Shown here piece after piece: positions 10,461 through 21,509 of a stretch of DNA of 64,000 bases. Each line of letters begins with the position of its first letter. The first letter of the stretch is position 1. The position numbers were made by a program, and so were the translations under genes. The notes under the pieces are model-generated. The model saw only the letters and a program-made list of their open reading frames with translations, did not search any database and was not told where the DNA came from. Source of the DNA: an uncultured Bacilli bacterium (GTDB lineage: Bacteria; Bacillota_I; Bacilli_A; RF39; UBA660); assembly GCA_934101425.1 (NCBI GenBank), contig CAKOQQ010000008.1, positions 3,088-67,087 on the forward strand, given 5' to 3'.

Positions 10461-11479
10461 TATTCACCTCTATTTTCTTTCGCTTTTAATTGACCACAAG
10501 CTCCACTAACTTTAGAACCAAATTCGCGTCTTATAGTCACATTAATATTATGTTTTTTTAAAGTATCATAAAACTTCATAATTACGTCTTTATCACTTTT
10601 CTTATATTTACTACTAGTTTCATTATAAGGTATTAAATTTACATAACAATTTAGTCCCTTAAGTAAGTTAGCTAATTCTATGGCAGAGGATACGCTATCA
10701 TTAACATCTTTAAGTAAAATATATTCAAAAGTAACTCTTCTATTTGTTTTATCTATATATTCTTTTATAGCACTTATAAGTTTTTCTATATTATAAGCTC
10801 TATTAATAGGCATAAGTTCATTTCTAATTTTATTATTAGGTGCATGAAGACTTATCGCTAAATTAACTTGTTTATAATTAGAAAATTCTTTTATTTTAGG
10901 AACTATTCCACAAGTAGATATAGTTATATGTCTACTACCTAAACTAATACCTTTACTATCATTTATAATGTCTATAAATTTAATTACATTATCATAATTA
11001 TCAAAAGGTTCACCTATACCCATAAGTACAATATGAGTAATCCTAAGTGATTCCGTGATTTCTACAGTTAATATTTGACTAACCATTTCAGAAGGTAATA
11101 AATCCCTTACTTTTTTAAGTCTTCCACTTTCACAGAAGGCACATCCCATATTACAACCCAATTCAGTTGAAATACATAAACTATTACCATAGTCGTGAAA
11201 CATAAGTACACACTCTATTTTGTTATTATCACTTAAATTAAATAAATACTTTTTAACACCTGTATCTTCTTCTTTTTTTACTAATTCTAAAAGTCCTATA
11301 GTAAAATCTTCTTTAAGTTTAGTTATAAGTTCTTTTTTTAAATTAGTCATTTCATCAAAAGATGATACTCTTTTTTTATATAACCAATCAAATATTTGAT
11401 CTGCAGTAAACTTTTTATACCCCAAATCTAATAAATAATTGAGTAATTCCTCATATGTAAGATTATAAATACTACTCAT
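10460..11479 (-). CDS. rlmN: 23S rRNA/tRNA adenine-C2 methyltransferase RlmN (radical SAM)
   Basis: CNMGCAFC radical-SAM cluster, C-terminal GACGQL, position after prkC-prpC. Confidence 0.9.
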   Translation of the reverse strand: MSSIYNLTYEELLNYLLDLGYKKFTADQIFDWLYKKRVSSFDEMTNLKKELITKLKEDFTIGLLELVKKEEDTGVKKYLFNLSDNNKIECVLMFHDYGNSLCISTELGCNMGCAFCESGRLKKVRDLLPSEMVSQILTVEITESLRITHIVLMGIGEPFDNYDNVIKFIDIINDSKGISLGSRHITISTCGIVPKIKEFSNYKQVNLAISLHAPNNKIRNELMPINRAYNIEKLISAIKEYIDKTNRRVTFEYILLKDVNDSVSSAIELANLLKGLNCYVNLIPYNETSSKYKKSDKDVIMKFYDTLKKHNINVTIRREFGSKVSGACGQLKAKENRGE

Positions 11480-11595
11480 ATTTTCACCTATACCAATTAT
11501 AGCATTTTTAATATAATAAGTAAAACAAAAAACAATACTAAATCGTTATAAAATAACTATTTAATATTGTTTTTTACTTTTATTAGACATAAGTC

Positions 11596-11808
11596 TTATA
11601 TATTCATAATTATAGAAATAACAAAGAAAGCGATTACAAGAGCTAATGTAAGTCTTGTAATAAATAATTCTCCGCCTCTTTCTTTTCTATTAGCAAATAA
11701 ATCACTACTACCGCCACTAATTATATTAGATGTACTTTCTGCTTTACCAGATTGTAATAATACTAATGCAATTAATAAGATTGATACTATCATTAATAAT
11801 ACTGTCAT
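11596..11808 (-). CDS. secG: preprotein translocase subunit SecG
   Basis: 70 aa, two TM segments, LLQSGK motif. Confidence 0.8.
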   Translation of the reverse strand: MTVLLMIVSILLIALVLLQSGKAESTSNIISGGSSDLFANRKERGGELFITRLTLALVIAFFVISIIMNI

Positions 11809-11859
11809 AATTTCACCTCAATACTTAGTAATTTTAACATATTTAATAAATAAATGCAA

Positions 11860-13131
11860 CTATTTAGGTTCTATTATATAAATTAGTTTATTAGATAAGT
11901 CAATATTACTTACTACATAAGAAACATCATCCATAGTTAAATTTTTAACTAATTCAAGTTCATTTGTATATACTTTATTATAATCAGTTATATCATCTAT
12001 TATTCTATCATTAGTTCTAAATATATTTTCAGTAGAACTTATAAGACCACTTATCATTATACGTTTTCTTCTTTCAAATTCAAGTGGAGTTATAGATAAA
12101 TGTGATAGTGTTTCTGTGATTTCTTTTATAAGAACTTTTTCTTTTTTAGTTTCTGCTAATAATAATACTAAATAATGGGTATCAGTAACCATTACAGTAG
12201 TAGATACAGGAGATGTAATAATATCAGATTCTCTTAATTTTTCACTTAATATAGAAGTAGATCCTACCTTTAAATCAAATATATGATTTATTAGTCTAGT
12301 AGCCATTTTAGAATCTATATCTTTAAATAAATTTTTATTTATTTTATAAGCTAAACATACTTTACTAATAGAAGTATTCATTTTAACTTTTTCTTCTTTT
12401 TTAGCTACTTTATCAGGTTCTTTATATTTTTTTCTTACAATTTTCTTTTCTTCTTTTAAATCTCTTTTACTTTCAAAATCTTTTATTATAGTTATTACTT
12501 CAGTTGGGTTAACATTACCAGTTACTACTATAAACATATTAGATGGATGATAAAAAGTATTATAGCATTCATATAATTGTTCTTTTGTTATACTTCTTAT
12601 ACTTTCTAGATCACCTAATATAGAAACATTATAAGGTAATTTAATAAAAGCATTTTCTAAAGCTCCATAAAATATACGACTATATGGATTATCTTCATTC
12701 ATCCTATATTCTTGTTCTATTATGCCTTTTTCCTTTTCTACATTTTCATCTGTAAAATATGGACTTTCCACATAATGAAGTAACATCTCTAAATTTTCTT
12801 TAAAATATTCTGTACCAAAGAATAAATAACTTGTTCTCTCATAACTAGTATTGGCATTAGCGTTTGCACCACGTTCTTGATAAAAACTAAAAACATTAGT
12901 ATTATCTTCTTCTTCAAATAATTTATGTTCTAAGAAGTGAGCGATTCCCTTTGGAAACTTCTTCATTTTAGTTTCATTTAGAGGTATGAATTCATTATCT
13001 TTTCCACCATATTTAGTATTATATGTTACATAGATATTATTACAGTCATTCTTAGGAATTACATATATTTCAAGACCATTATCTAGTTTTTCATAATATA
13101 AATCCATATCAATTATTTTCTTCTTTTTCAT
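11860..13131 (-). CDS. M16-family zinc peptidase (active subunit, YmfH-like)
   Basis: Inverted zinc motif HFLEH present (GIAHFLEHKLF). Overlaps the upstream M16 paralog by 4 nt. Confidence 0.8.
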   Translation of the reverse strand: MKKKKIIDMDLYYEKLDNGLEIYVIPKNDCNNIYVTYNTKYGGKDNEFIPLNETKMKKFPKGIAHFLEHKLFEEEDNTNVFSFYQERGANANANTSYERTSYLFFGTEYFKENLEMLLHYVESPYFTDENVEKEKGIIEQEYRMNEDNPYSRIFYGALENAFIKLPYNVSILGDLESIRSITKEQLYECYNTFYHPSNMFIVVTGNVNPTEVITIIKDFESKRDLKEEKKIVRKKYKEPDKVAKKEEKVKMNTSISKVCLAYKINKNLFKDIDSKMATRLINHIFDLKVGSTSILSEKLRESDIITSPVSTTVMVTDTHYLVLLLAETKKEKVLIKEITETLSHLSITPLEFERRKRIMISGLISSTENIFRTNDRIIDDITDYNKVYTNELELVKNLTMDDVSYVVSNIDLSNKLIYIIEPK

Positions 13132-14384
13132 GCTTCACCCTCTAATAAATAGATTGTATCCATATGTATTTTTTTACTAAACTTAATAATATCTTCTTTT
13201 GTTACCTTTTCTATTTCTTTTTTTCTTTCTTCTAATAAGTCTAAATCTAAATATTCTTTAGACACATATAATGACATCATTGAATAAATAGAATCTTCTA
13301 ATTCCTTAAATGTACTTAAATATGTAATTTTACCTTTTTCTAGTTCTTCATCTTTAATATTACCACTAGATATATCTTTTAATATTTTTTTAATTAGCGT
13401 TACACACTTTTTAAAATCAGATGCATTTATACCAGATGAAATTAACATAGTATTAGTTACACCACTAAAACTAGATGATATAGAATAACATAATGAATTT
13501 TCTTCACGTACTATACTAAATAGTCTAGAATCAGGACTACCACCTAAAATAAAGTTATACATATTAGCGACATACTTTCTTTCTTTTTCAGATAAATTTT
13601 CACATTTAAAACCAATTATTAAACTAGATTGATTAAACTTACTTTTTTCTTTAACAATTTGTTCTTTTTTTCTAAACTTAGTATGTTTTACAATATGAGA
13701 ACCTTTATCTTTTTTCAAGGTATTAATTGCCATATATTTACTTATAATGTCTTTAATATCATTATTAAAATCTCCAATTATAAAAATATCTACAGTATCA
13801 CTATTTAATACTTTTTTATAATATTCATATAAATTCTTTTCATTAATACCTTTTAAATCTTCCAAATACCCTACACCATTTAAAGCTATACTACTATCTT
13901 TATCCATAGCTTCATAACATTTTGCTACTGCATATCTTCTTGGATTATCTTTAAATGTATCTAAATCTTCTAAAAGGATATTTTTAGCTTTATTAAAACT
14001 ATTAGTATCAAACTTACCATTATCTACATTAGGATTAAATATAAATTCTAAAAAATACTTTATAGTTTCTTCTAACATACATTCTTCTGTATATTTACTA
14101 TTTAAAAATGAAGTATCAAAACTGATAATATTATAGTTCCCAGAAATAGATGTATTAGCGGATACATTAACTCCATATAATTCTTCACTTTTAATATCTA
14201 ATAATCTTTTAGAGGGATAATTCTTAGTTGATTCCAATAATACATTAATTAACATATTTCTATATGTTATCTCTTCTTTGTTTATTAGACTTTTAAAGTT
14301 AATTTTAATACAATTTTTCTTAAACTTCTTAGTTTTTATTAAATGAATATTATAGGCAAGATTTTCTTCTTTTGTATATTCCAT
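13128..14384 (-). CDS. M16-family peptidase-like protein (no HxxEH; probable non-catalytic partner, YmfF-like)
   Basis: Insulinase-like length and layout; translationally coupled to the next M16 gene; no HxxEH seen. Confidence 0.7.
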   Translation of the reverse strand: MEYTKEENLAYNIHLIKTKKFKKNCIKINFKSLINKEEITYRNMLINVLLESTKNYPSKRLLDIKSEELYGVNVSANTSISGNYNIISFDTSFLNSKYTEECMLEETIKYFLEFIFNPNVDNGKFDTNSFNKAKNILLEDLDTFKDNPRRYAVAKCYEAMDKDSSIALNGVGYLEDLKGINEKNLYEYYKKVLNSDTVDIFIIGDFNNDIKDIISKYMAINTLKKDKGSHIVKHTKFRKKEQIVKEKSKFNQSSLIIGFKCENLSEKERKYVANMYNFILGGSPDSRLFSIVREENSLCYSISSSFSGVTNTMLISSGINASDFKKCVTLIKKILKDISSGNIKDEELEKGKITYLSTFKELEDSIYSMMSLYVSKEYLDLDLLEERKKEIEKVTKEDIIKFSKKIHMDTIYLLEGEA

Positions 14385-14394
14385 AAGTTCCTTT

Positions 14395-15093
14395 CTAGAT
14401 TGATTTTAAAGCTAATTCAATCATCTTATTTAGAGATTTTTCTCTATCAGTACTAGAAGCTTTTTCTTTTGTTATAAAATGATCAGTAACAGTAAGAAGA
14501 CAAGCAGCTTCTTTATTTAGTACTTTAGCATTACTAAATAAGGCAAATGATTCCATTTCAACCCCTAAACAATTATATTTATCTCTTAAAACTTCATAAT
14601 TATCATTTTCTTTATAGAAAACATCACTAGAATATATAGTTCCTTCAACTAAATCTATATTATTATTCTTACCAGTTTCTTTAATTTTATTATTTAATTC
14701 TTTACTTGCAGAAATAATATTATCATTATATCCATTTTGTACTTTAGCAAATGAAGAGTCACTATATGCATTATCTACTAAAATAACGTCAAATAGTTTT
14801 ACTTTATCAGTGTATACTCCACATGTACCAATTCTAATAATTTTTTCTACATTATAAAATTTATATAATTCATAAGAATATATACCTATACTAGGCATAC
14901 CCATACCAGATGCCATAACAGTTACTAATTTATCATTATAGTATCCAGTATATGCATATATATTTCTTACGGTATTTACTAATTTATAATCTTTTAAATA
15001 ATTTTCTGCTATATATTTAGCTCTTAAAGGATCTCCAGGCATAATCACAACTTTAGCAATTTCACCTTCTAAAGCATTAATGTGTGGTGTCAT
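14395..15093 (-). CDS. deoD: purine nucleoside phosphorylase, DeoD type
   Basis: MTPHINA...VIMPGDPLRAKYIAE...GMGMPS...EMES motifs. Confidence 0.9.
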   Translation of the reverse strand: MTPHINALEGEIAKVVIMPGDPLRAKYIAENYLKDYKLVNTVRNIYAYTGYYNDKLVTVMASGMGMPSIGIYSYELYKFYNVEKIIRIGTCGVYTDKVKLFDVILVDNAYSDSSFAKVQNGYNDNIISASKELNNKIKETGKNNNIDLVEGTIYSSDVFYKENDNYEVLRDKYNCLGVEMESFALFSNAKVLNKEAACLLTVTDHFITKEKASSTDREKSLNKMIELALKSI

Positions 15094-15095
15094 AA

Positions 15096-15260
15096 TTACC
15101 TCCTATATAAATATACAAATAAAAATGCAATTAAAACAATAGGCATTAATAATTGTGAAATGATTGCCCATGTATTATTAATAAACCATATACCTATAAG
15201 TATACCTATTACTACTACAAATAATAAGTATATTATTGTGTTAACTTTATTTTTACTCAT
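15096..15260 (-). CDS. small hydrophobic protein (54 aa, two predicted TM)
   Basis: Not in the ORF track. ATG at 15260 preceded by GGTGA. Peptide MSKNKVNTIIYLLFVVVIGILIGIWFINNTWAIISQLLMPIVLIAFLFVYLYRR; its last codons form the deoD RBS. Confidence 0.4.
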   Translation of the reverse strand: MSKNKVNTIIYLLFVVVIGILIGIWFINNTWAIISQLLMPIVLIAFLFVYLYRR

Positions 15261-15306
15261 ATTATCACCTATTTAATTATAACATAATAACTAAAGAAAA
15301 GACACA

Positions 15307-18129
15307 TTATTGTGTCTTTTTAAGTTCATTTACTAAAAACTTACCTGTATAACTTTCTTTTACTTTTGCTACTTCTTCAGGTGTTCCAATAGCTACTACT
15401 TTACCACCTTCATCTCCACCTTCAGGTCCTAAATCAATAATATTATCAGCTACTTTTATAACATCTAAATTATGTTCAATAACAATTATAGTATCACCAT
15501 TATCTACTATTCTTTCAAGTATTTTAAGTAGTTTTTTAATATCATCTTGGTGAAGACCTGTAGTTGGTTCATCTAGTATAAATAAACTCTTACCAGTAGG
15601 TTTTTTTTGTAATTCTTTAGCTAATTTAATTCTAGCTGCTTCTCCACCTGACAAAGTTGGAGAACCTTGACCTAATTTTATATAAGATAGTCCTACATCT
15701 TTAAGCATTTCAAGTTTATTTTTTACTTTTGGTACATTTTCAAAGAATGTAAGAGCTTCTTCTACTCTCATTTCAAGTACATCATATATATTTTTGCCTT
15801 TATATTTAATTTCTCTTGTTTCACTATTATAACGAGTTCCCTCACATACGCTACAAGGTACATAAACATCTGGTAAGAAATGCATTTCTATTTTCTTTAC
15901 ACCATCACCATAACAAGCTTCACATCTTCCACCTTTTACGTTAAAAGAAAATCTACTTTTATCATAGCCTCTTACTTTAGCTTCTTTAGTATTTGCAAAT
16001 ACTTCTCTTATATCATCAAAAACTCCTACATAAGTAGCTGGATTGCTTCTTGGTGTTCTGCCTATTGGTGCTTGTGATATATTTACTACTTTATCAATAT
16101 TTTCAAGACCTTTTATTTCTTTATATTTACCAGGTACTTCTTTTGATTTATATAAATAATTTGATACCGCTTTTAATAATATTTGATTTATAAGAGTAGA
16201 TTTACCACTACCAGATACTCCAGTTACAGCATTAAATACCCCTAGTGGTATTTTTACATTTATATTCTTTAAATTGTTTTCTTTAGCTCCTTTTATTTCT
16301 AGATATTTACCATTACCTTTTCTCCTTTTTAAAGGAACTTCTATCTTTTCTTTACCAGTTAAATATCTAGCTGTTAAGCTATTTTCATTTTTAAGTACTT
16401 CTTCTACAGTACCAGCAGCTATTACTTCACCACCATGAGTACCAGCTTTAGGTCCTATATCAACTAAATAATCAGCAGCTAACATAGTTTCTGTATCATG
16501 TTCTACTACTATTAGAGTATTACCTAAATCTCTCATGTTCTTTAAAGAGGAAATAAGTCTTTCATTATCTCTTTGATGAAGACCTATACTTGGTTCATCA
16601 AGTACATATAATACTCCTGTAAGTCTAGAACCAATTTGAGTAGCTAGACGAATTCTTTGAGCTTCTCCACCTGATAAAGATCCTGCCATACGAGCTAAAG
16701 TTAAATAGCCTAAACCTACATTTATTAAAAATTCTAATCTTGATTTTATTTCAGCTAGTATTAATCTAGATATCTCTATTTGTTCATTATTCAGTTTTAA
16801 GTTATTTATAAAATCATATAGATCTTTAATACTTAATAAAGTAAATTCATATATATTCTTTCTATTTATTTTTACAGATAATATAGAAGAATCTAATCTA
16901 GAACCTTTACAAGTAGGACATTCACTTTCTACCATAAATCCTTCTAACCATTCTCTTATCCAGTTACTTTTAGTTTCTATATATCTTCTTTGTAAGTTAT
17001 TTACAACACCCTCAAATGGAGCTTTAGTAACTCTAGAACCACCATTTTTACTAGTATATTTAAAATCAATTATTTCATTTGTACCATAAAGTATTATATC
17101 TAATTTTTTCTTATCAATATCTTTTATAGGTATATTCATGTCTATATTGTAAAGTTTACAAACAGTTTGCAATTGAGTAAAATTAATATTATTTTCATCA
17201 CCCCATTGCCAAGCTACTATAGCACCTTCCATTAAAGATTTATCTTTATCTGGAATTATTAAATCAACACTTATATTTTGATTAACTCCAAGACCTTTAC
17301 AATCTGGGCAAGCACCATAAGGAGCATTAAAAGAAAACATTCTAGGCTCTAATTCTGGTAATGAAAAATCACAATCTGGACAAGCATATTTTTCACTCAT
17401 TACTATATCATCACTACCAATTACATTTATAACTACTTTACCATTTGATAGTTTAGATGCAAGTTCAATAGCTTCATAAAGTCTACTTCTTATATTTTCT
17501 TTTATAATTAATCTATCTATAACAACTAAAATATTATGTTTCTTATTTTTAGATAACTCTATTTCTTCATCTAAATCATACTCAGTATCATCTATTATAA
17601 CTTTAGTGTATCCATCTTTTCTAAGTCCATTTAGTAGGTCTTTATGAGTACCTTTTTCACCATATTTAATTGGACTTAATACCTTTATTTTAGTATTTAT
17701 ATCAAGAGTTAATATTTGATTAGTCATTTCTTCTATACTTTGACTTTTGATTGGTTTATTATGTATAGGACAGTAAGGAATACCTATTCTTGCAAATAAA
17801 AGACGCAAATAATCATATATTTCAGTTACTGTTCCTACTGTACTTCTTGGATTCTTATTAGTTGTTTTTTGATCTATACTAATAGCTGGTGAAAGACCTT
17901 CTATAGAATCAACATCTGGTTTTTCAGTTCCACCTAAAAATTGTCTAGCGTAACTAGACAAACTTTCTACATACCTTCTTTGTCCTTCTGCATATATAGT
18001 ATCAAATGCTAAACTAGATTTACCACTTCCTGATACTCCAGTCATTACTATAAGTTTATTTTTAGGTAACGTAAGATTTATATTTTTTAAATTATTTTCT
18101 CTTGCACCTTTAATCACTATTTCGTCCAT
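15307..18129 (-). CDS. uvrA: excinuclease ABC subunit A
   Basis: Two ABC ATPase modules (GVSGSGKSS twice, LSGGE twice) and zinc fingers. Start moved to MDEIVIKGARENNLKNI (ATG 18129, GGAGG upstream). Confidence 0.95.
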   Translation of the reverse strand: MDEIVIKGARENNLKNINLTLPKNKLIVMTGVSGSGKSSLAFDTIYAEGQRRYVESLSSYARQFLGGTEKPDVDSIEGLSPAISIDQKTTNKNPRSTVGTVTEIYDYLRLLFARIGIPYCPIHNKPIKSQSIEEMTNQILTLDINTKIKVLSPIKYGEKGTHKDLLNGLRKDGYTKVIIDDTEYDLDEEIELSKNKKHNILVVIDRLIIKENIRSRLYEAIELASKLSNGKVVINVIGSDDIVMSEKYACPDCDFSLPELEPRMFSFNAPYGACPDCKGLGVNQNISVDLIIPDKDKSLMEGAIVAWQWGDENNINFTQLQTVCKLYNIDMNIPIKDIDKKKLDIILYGTNEIIDFKYTSKNGGSRVTKAPFEGVVNNLQRRYIETKSNWIREWLEGFMVESECPTCKGSRLDSSILSVKINRKNIYEFTLLSIKDLYDFINNLKLNNEQIEISRLILAEIKSRLEFLINVGLGYLTLARMAGSLSGGEAQRIRLATQIGSRLTGVLYVLDEPSIGLHQRDNERLISSLKNMRDLGNTLIVVEHDTETMLAADYLVDIGPKAGTHGGEVIAAGTVEEVLKNENSLTARYLTGKEKIEVPLKRRKGNGKYLEIKGAKENNLKNINVKIPLGVFNAVTGVSGSGKSTLINQILLKAVSNYLYKSKEVPGKYKEIKGLENIDKVVNISQAPIGRTPRSNPATYVGVFDDIREVFANTKEAKVRGYDKSRFSFNVKGGRCEACYGDGVKKIEMHFLPDVYVPCSVCEGTRYNSETREIKYKGKNIYDVLEMRVEEALTFFENVPKVKNKLEMLKDVGLSYIKLGQGSPTLSGGEAARIKLAKELQKKPTGKSLFILDEPTTGLHQDDIKKLLKILERIVDNGDTIIVIEHNLDVIKVADNIIDLGPEGGDEGGKVVAIGTPEEVAKVKESYTGKFLVNELKKTQ

Positions 18130-18607
18130 AAAGCCTCCTATATGCATCTTTCTTCTTCTTTTGATAATAATCTATAGTTGCTTTAACATCACTAGCAGAA
18201 TGAAGAGATAATATCTCTTCTATTTCTTTATCTGTTAATTTTATACCACTTAAAAATCTTTTTAATCTCTCATCATTTAGACTAAGTGCATATTCTATTA
18301 TTTCTCTTCTTGATAAAACATGTAATATTTCTAACTTTTCAGCTGCATACATATCGTAGTAGCCATAATAATCATCAGAATACTCTACAATTACTCCAGA
18401 AGCTCTTACTTTGCATATGTCTACATTTTCATTCATAGCATCAAAATATCTAAATGTATCTTCCATATTTTTACACAAATGAAAACCATTACCACTATTA
18501 CCAAACTTTATACTTCCCTCTGTGATATATATTTTACCTAATCTAAATTTTTTACCATATCTGTTTAACAAATCTTTATTAAAACACTTATAACCTATTA
18601 TCTCCAT
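18110..18607 (-). CDS. hypothetical protein
   Basis: 165-aa ORF. N-terminus (IIGYKCFNKDL...GFHLC) recalls a phage-associated domain of unknown function, from memory only. 3' end overlaps the uvrA start by 20 nt. Confidence 0.5.
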   Translation of the reverse strand: MEIIGYKCFNKDLLNRYGKKFRLGKIYITEGSIKFGNSGNGFHLCKNMEDTFRYFDAMNENVDICKVRASGVIVEYSDDYYGYYDMYAAEKLEILHVLSRREIIEYALSLNDERLKRFLSGIKLTDKEIEEILSLHSASDVKATIDYYQKKKKDAYRRLYGRNSD

Positions 18608-18653
18608 AAGCGTTATTATATCATTTTAATTATAAAAAAACAAACATAGTTTG

Positions 18654-19001
18654 TTAATTTTTAGGTTTAAAAATAAGTGCAAAGATAAATGAAAATACTA
18701 TAGCAGAAGTTATACCAGATGCAGTTAAATTAAACATACCCATACATAGCCCAATAAGACCATATTTGTTCATACTTAAGGCTCCATGAATTAGTAAATG
18801 TCCAAAACTAGTAATAGGTACAAGTGCCCCACCACCTACATATAGTACAATCTTATCATAGATATTAAAGATATCTAAGAAGGATCCTAATACTACAAAA
18901 ATAGTAGTAATATGTCCAGGAGTTAATTTAGTATTATCAAGGATTAATTGCGCTATTAAACAAATAAAACCCGTAAATAAAAAGGAATATACATATGTCA
19001 C
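18654..19001 (-). CDS. spoVAEB: stage V sporulation protein AE (SpoVAEB type)
   Basis: 115-aa polytopic membrane protein, last gene of a spoVAC-AD-AE triplet. Confidence 0.8.
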   Translation of the reverse strand: MTYVYSFLFTGFICLIAQLILDNTKLTPGHITTIFVVLGSFLDIFNIYDKIVLYVGGGALVPITSFGHLLIHGALSMNKYGLIGLCMGMFNLTASGITSAIVFSFIFALIFKPKN

Positions 19002-19987
19002 TCTATTACCTCCAAACTAACAGCATGAGCTACTGCAGGAATTGTAAGATGTTGATTTACTAAATTAGTATTTAGTAGTGCTCCTGTAGCTACTATAAGG
19101 ACTCTTTCATAATCGCCTTTTCTCATTTTATCAAAAACATATGAATAAGTAACTAAAGGAAGACAAGCAATTCCAGAACCGCCAGCATTAACTTTTTGCT
19201 TTTCTAAATCAAAAATTATACTTCCAGCATCTTTTAAATTATATAAATTCATATTATATTCACTTTCCATATAATCTATAAGAATTTCTTTACCATACAC
19301 GCCTAAATCACCAGTTAAAATTAAATCATAATAACCAGGTAATCTTTTAGTATCTTTTAAATGATTATATATTACACTTGCAGCTGCAGGAGCCATTATA
19401 GCACCCATATTATTTACATCATTAACACCTAAATCTATAGGAGTACCTATAGTAGATGATTCTACTCTTATACCTTTTTTATTGGAAGAAATAAGAGCAC
19501 TAGCTGCACCAGTAGTAGTAAAAGTAGAATATATTTTTTTAGGAGCACCATATTCATTCGGATATCTAAATTGCTTTTCAGCAGTTAAATTATGAGATGA
19601 AGAAGATACTATTATATTTTTTAACTTGTTACCCTCTATCATATTAGAAGCAATTATAATACCTTCTGCTGATGTAGCACAAGCATTATATATACCTAAA
19701 TAAGGTAAATTAACATTAACACTAGCATAATTAGAAACCCCTAATTGATTAGATAAATCACCAGATATAAATACATCAACATCATCTTTACTCTTTTTAG
19801 CTTTATTAAGTAAAATATCAACACTCTCTTCTATTAGTTTTATTTCACCTTGTTCAATAGTATCTCTTTTAAAATAAAAATCATTATAACTTTTATCATA
19901 TAATTTACTAAATGGTCCTTCACTTTCATATGGCCCAGTTATAGTAGAAGTTTCATTTATATATACATTATCATATTTAAATGTCAT
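18998..19987 (-). CDS. spoVAD: stage V sporulation protein AD
   Basis: 329 aa, thiolase/KAS-like fold signature, between spoVAC and spoVAE. Confidence 0.85.
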   Translation of the reverse strand: MTFKYDNVYINETSTITGPYESEGPFSKLYDKSYNDFYFKRDTIEQGEIKLIEESVDILLNKAKKSKDDVDVFISGDLSNQLGVSNYASVNVNLPYLGIYNACATSAEGIIIASNMIEGNKLKNIIVSSSSHNLTAEKQFRYPNEYGAPKKIYSTFTTTGAASALISSNKKGIRVESSTIGTPIDLGVNDVNNMGAIMAPAAASVIYNHLKDTKRLPGYYDLILTGDLGVYGKEILIDYMESEYNMNLYNLKDAGSIIFDLEKQKVNAGGSGIACLPLVTYSYVFDKMRKGDYERVLIVATGALLNTNLVNQHLTIPAVAHAVSLEVIE

Positions 19988-20421
19988 AACCCTATCACCA
20001 ACCTTATAAGACCAAATATATAAGCACTTACTACACCATATATAATTACAGTACCAGCTAGTTTAAACATATTAGCACCTATACCAGTTATAAGCCCCTC
20101 TTTCTTATATTCTAATGAAGCACTCATCATAGAATGAGCAAAACCAGTAATAGGTATTATAAGTCCACATTTACAAAATGTTACCCATTTATCAAAAAAA
20201 CCAAGTGCCGTAAATAAACACCCAAAAAATATTAAAGTAATAATCATAAAAACAGATGCATCACTAGTAGGTATACTTAACATACTAGAATAAAAATTAA
20301 CTAAAAAATTACCAATAAGACCCATTACTCCTCCACTAATAAAGGCAACTAATGCATTTAATAGTGTATTTTCTTTAGGAGTATTATAATTAACTATATC
20401 TTTATATTTATACTTTTCCAT
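19984..20421 (-). CDS. spoVAC: stage V sporulation protein AC
   Basis: Polytopic membrane protein. Start moved to MEKYKYKD (ATG 20421, GGTGGAGGA upstream). Confidence 0.8.
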   Translation of the reverse strand: MEKYKYKDIVNYNTPKENTLLNALVAFISGGVMGLIGNFLVNFYSSMLSIPTSDASVFMIITLIFFGCLFTALGFFDKWVTFCKCGLIIPITGFAHSMMSASLEYKKEGLITGIGANMFKLAGTVIIYGVVSAYIFGLIRLVIGL

Positions 20422-20467
20422 ATATCCTCCACCATTAGTATGAATTGATAACACTTTTTTATACTAT

Positions 20468-20501
20468 ACAAAAACCACATTTTATTTTCTAAAATGTGGT
20501 T
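20468..20501 (-). terminator. rho-independent terminator after the 20601-21509 gene
   Basis: AACCACATTTT / AAAATGTGGTT 11-bp stem followed by TTTTGT on the minus strand. Confidence 0.75.
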
Positions 20502-20600
20502 AATATAATATTACTTTTATAAATTTATAGTTTTAATACTTTCTACCATAGGTATAAATTCTATTGTAAAAACTAATGCATTAATTTTTATTTTTAATTT

Positions 20601-21509
20601 TTACATATATTTGCTTGGTTTAAATCCTCCTTTATTATATATAAAATAATCGTCTATTATTGCTTCTTCAAAATTATGCCACCATGGGCCTATCATATAG
20701 GCATCTTTATATCCAAGTATTTCATCAGCAGGTGGAATTATTCCAGGAAAATTTCCTATATATATTAATTTTTTTGGAATACTTCTTTTTGATGACGTAC
20801 AAATAGATGACCTATAAATTGGGATCATTCCGCGTTTATTAGGTTTCACATTGATATCTTTATCTTTAAACATCATATTTTTTGCTTCAAAACGGTGATT
20901 AACTAGTTCTATAAATTCAAGATTATTTATTTCTTCTACTGTTTTTGGTATTTTATCATCATTTGTTATTTTTATCCAAAAAACAGGATCTACATAACCA
21001 TCTGAATATTTTAATATATCTATTTTTATAAATATTAAGTGTCTACCATATATTCCTTTTTCTTTTGCATAATCACTTTCTAATTTATATGAAAACACAT
21101 CATAGTTATTCCAATCACATACATATGGAATTACTTTCCTTACTTTCTTTTCTTTTGGTTGTTCACTTTTTAATTTTGCCTCTAATTCTTCTAATACTTT
21201 TACAGAATATACACAATAACTTTCTTCTTTATTTTTTTTCTTATCTTCTATACATTCAGAAATAATTTTTAATGCTGCTTCTTTTAACTCATTTGTTAGT
21301 CTTCCATAATTCCATAATGTATCTGCAAATGATAAGTAAAATATTATAATATCATCAACATATTCTGATGATATTACATCACTATATGATTCAAACATTT
21401 CCTCATATGCTTCTTCTGTAGATTTTCCATCTTGAAGTAATTTTTTATACGAATCCTTTATATCCATTGCTGTATCATTTTGATATATTTTATTTCCCCA
21501 TGCTCCCAT
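20601..21509 (-). CDS. hypothetical protein with DUF4259-like N-terminus
   Basis: MGAWGNKIYQNDTAMDI resembles the DUF4259 N-terminal signature (recalled). AGGAGG RBS. Confidence 0.55.
   Translation of the reverse strand: MGAWGNKIYQNDTAMDIKDSYKKLLQDGKSTEEAYEEMFESYSDVISSEYVDDIIIFYLSFADTLWNYGRLTNELKEAALKIISECIEDKKKNKEESYCVYSVKVLEELEAKLKSEQPKEKKVRKVIPYVCDWNNYDVFSYKLESDYAKEKGIYGRHLIFIKIDILKYSDGYVDPVFWIKITNDDKIPKTVEEINNLEFIELVNHRFEAKNMMFKDKDINVKPNKRGMIPIYRSSICTSSKRSIPKKLIYIGNFPGIIPPADEILGYKDAYMIGPWWHNFEEAIIDDYFIYNKGGFKPSKYM

Noticed and set aside
11567-11881. Plus-strand 104-aa ORF overlapping secG.
   Set aside because: SecG on the minus strand has the canonical sequence and size. The plus-strand ORF is its antisense.
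15082-15276. Plus-strand 64-aa ORF between deoD and uvrA.
   Set aside because: The minus-strand 54-codon ORF (15096-15260) has an RBS and a clean two-TM hydrophobic profile, and fits the co-directional operon. The plus-strand ORF has neither.
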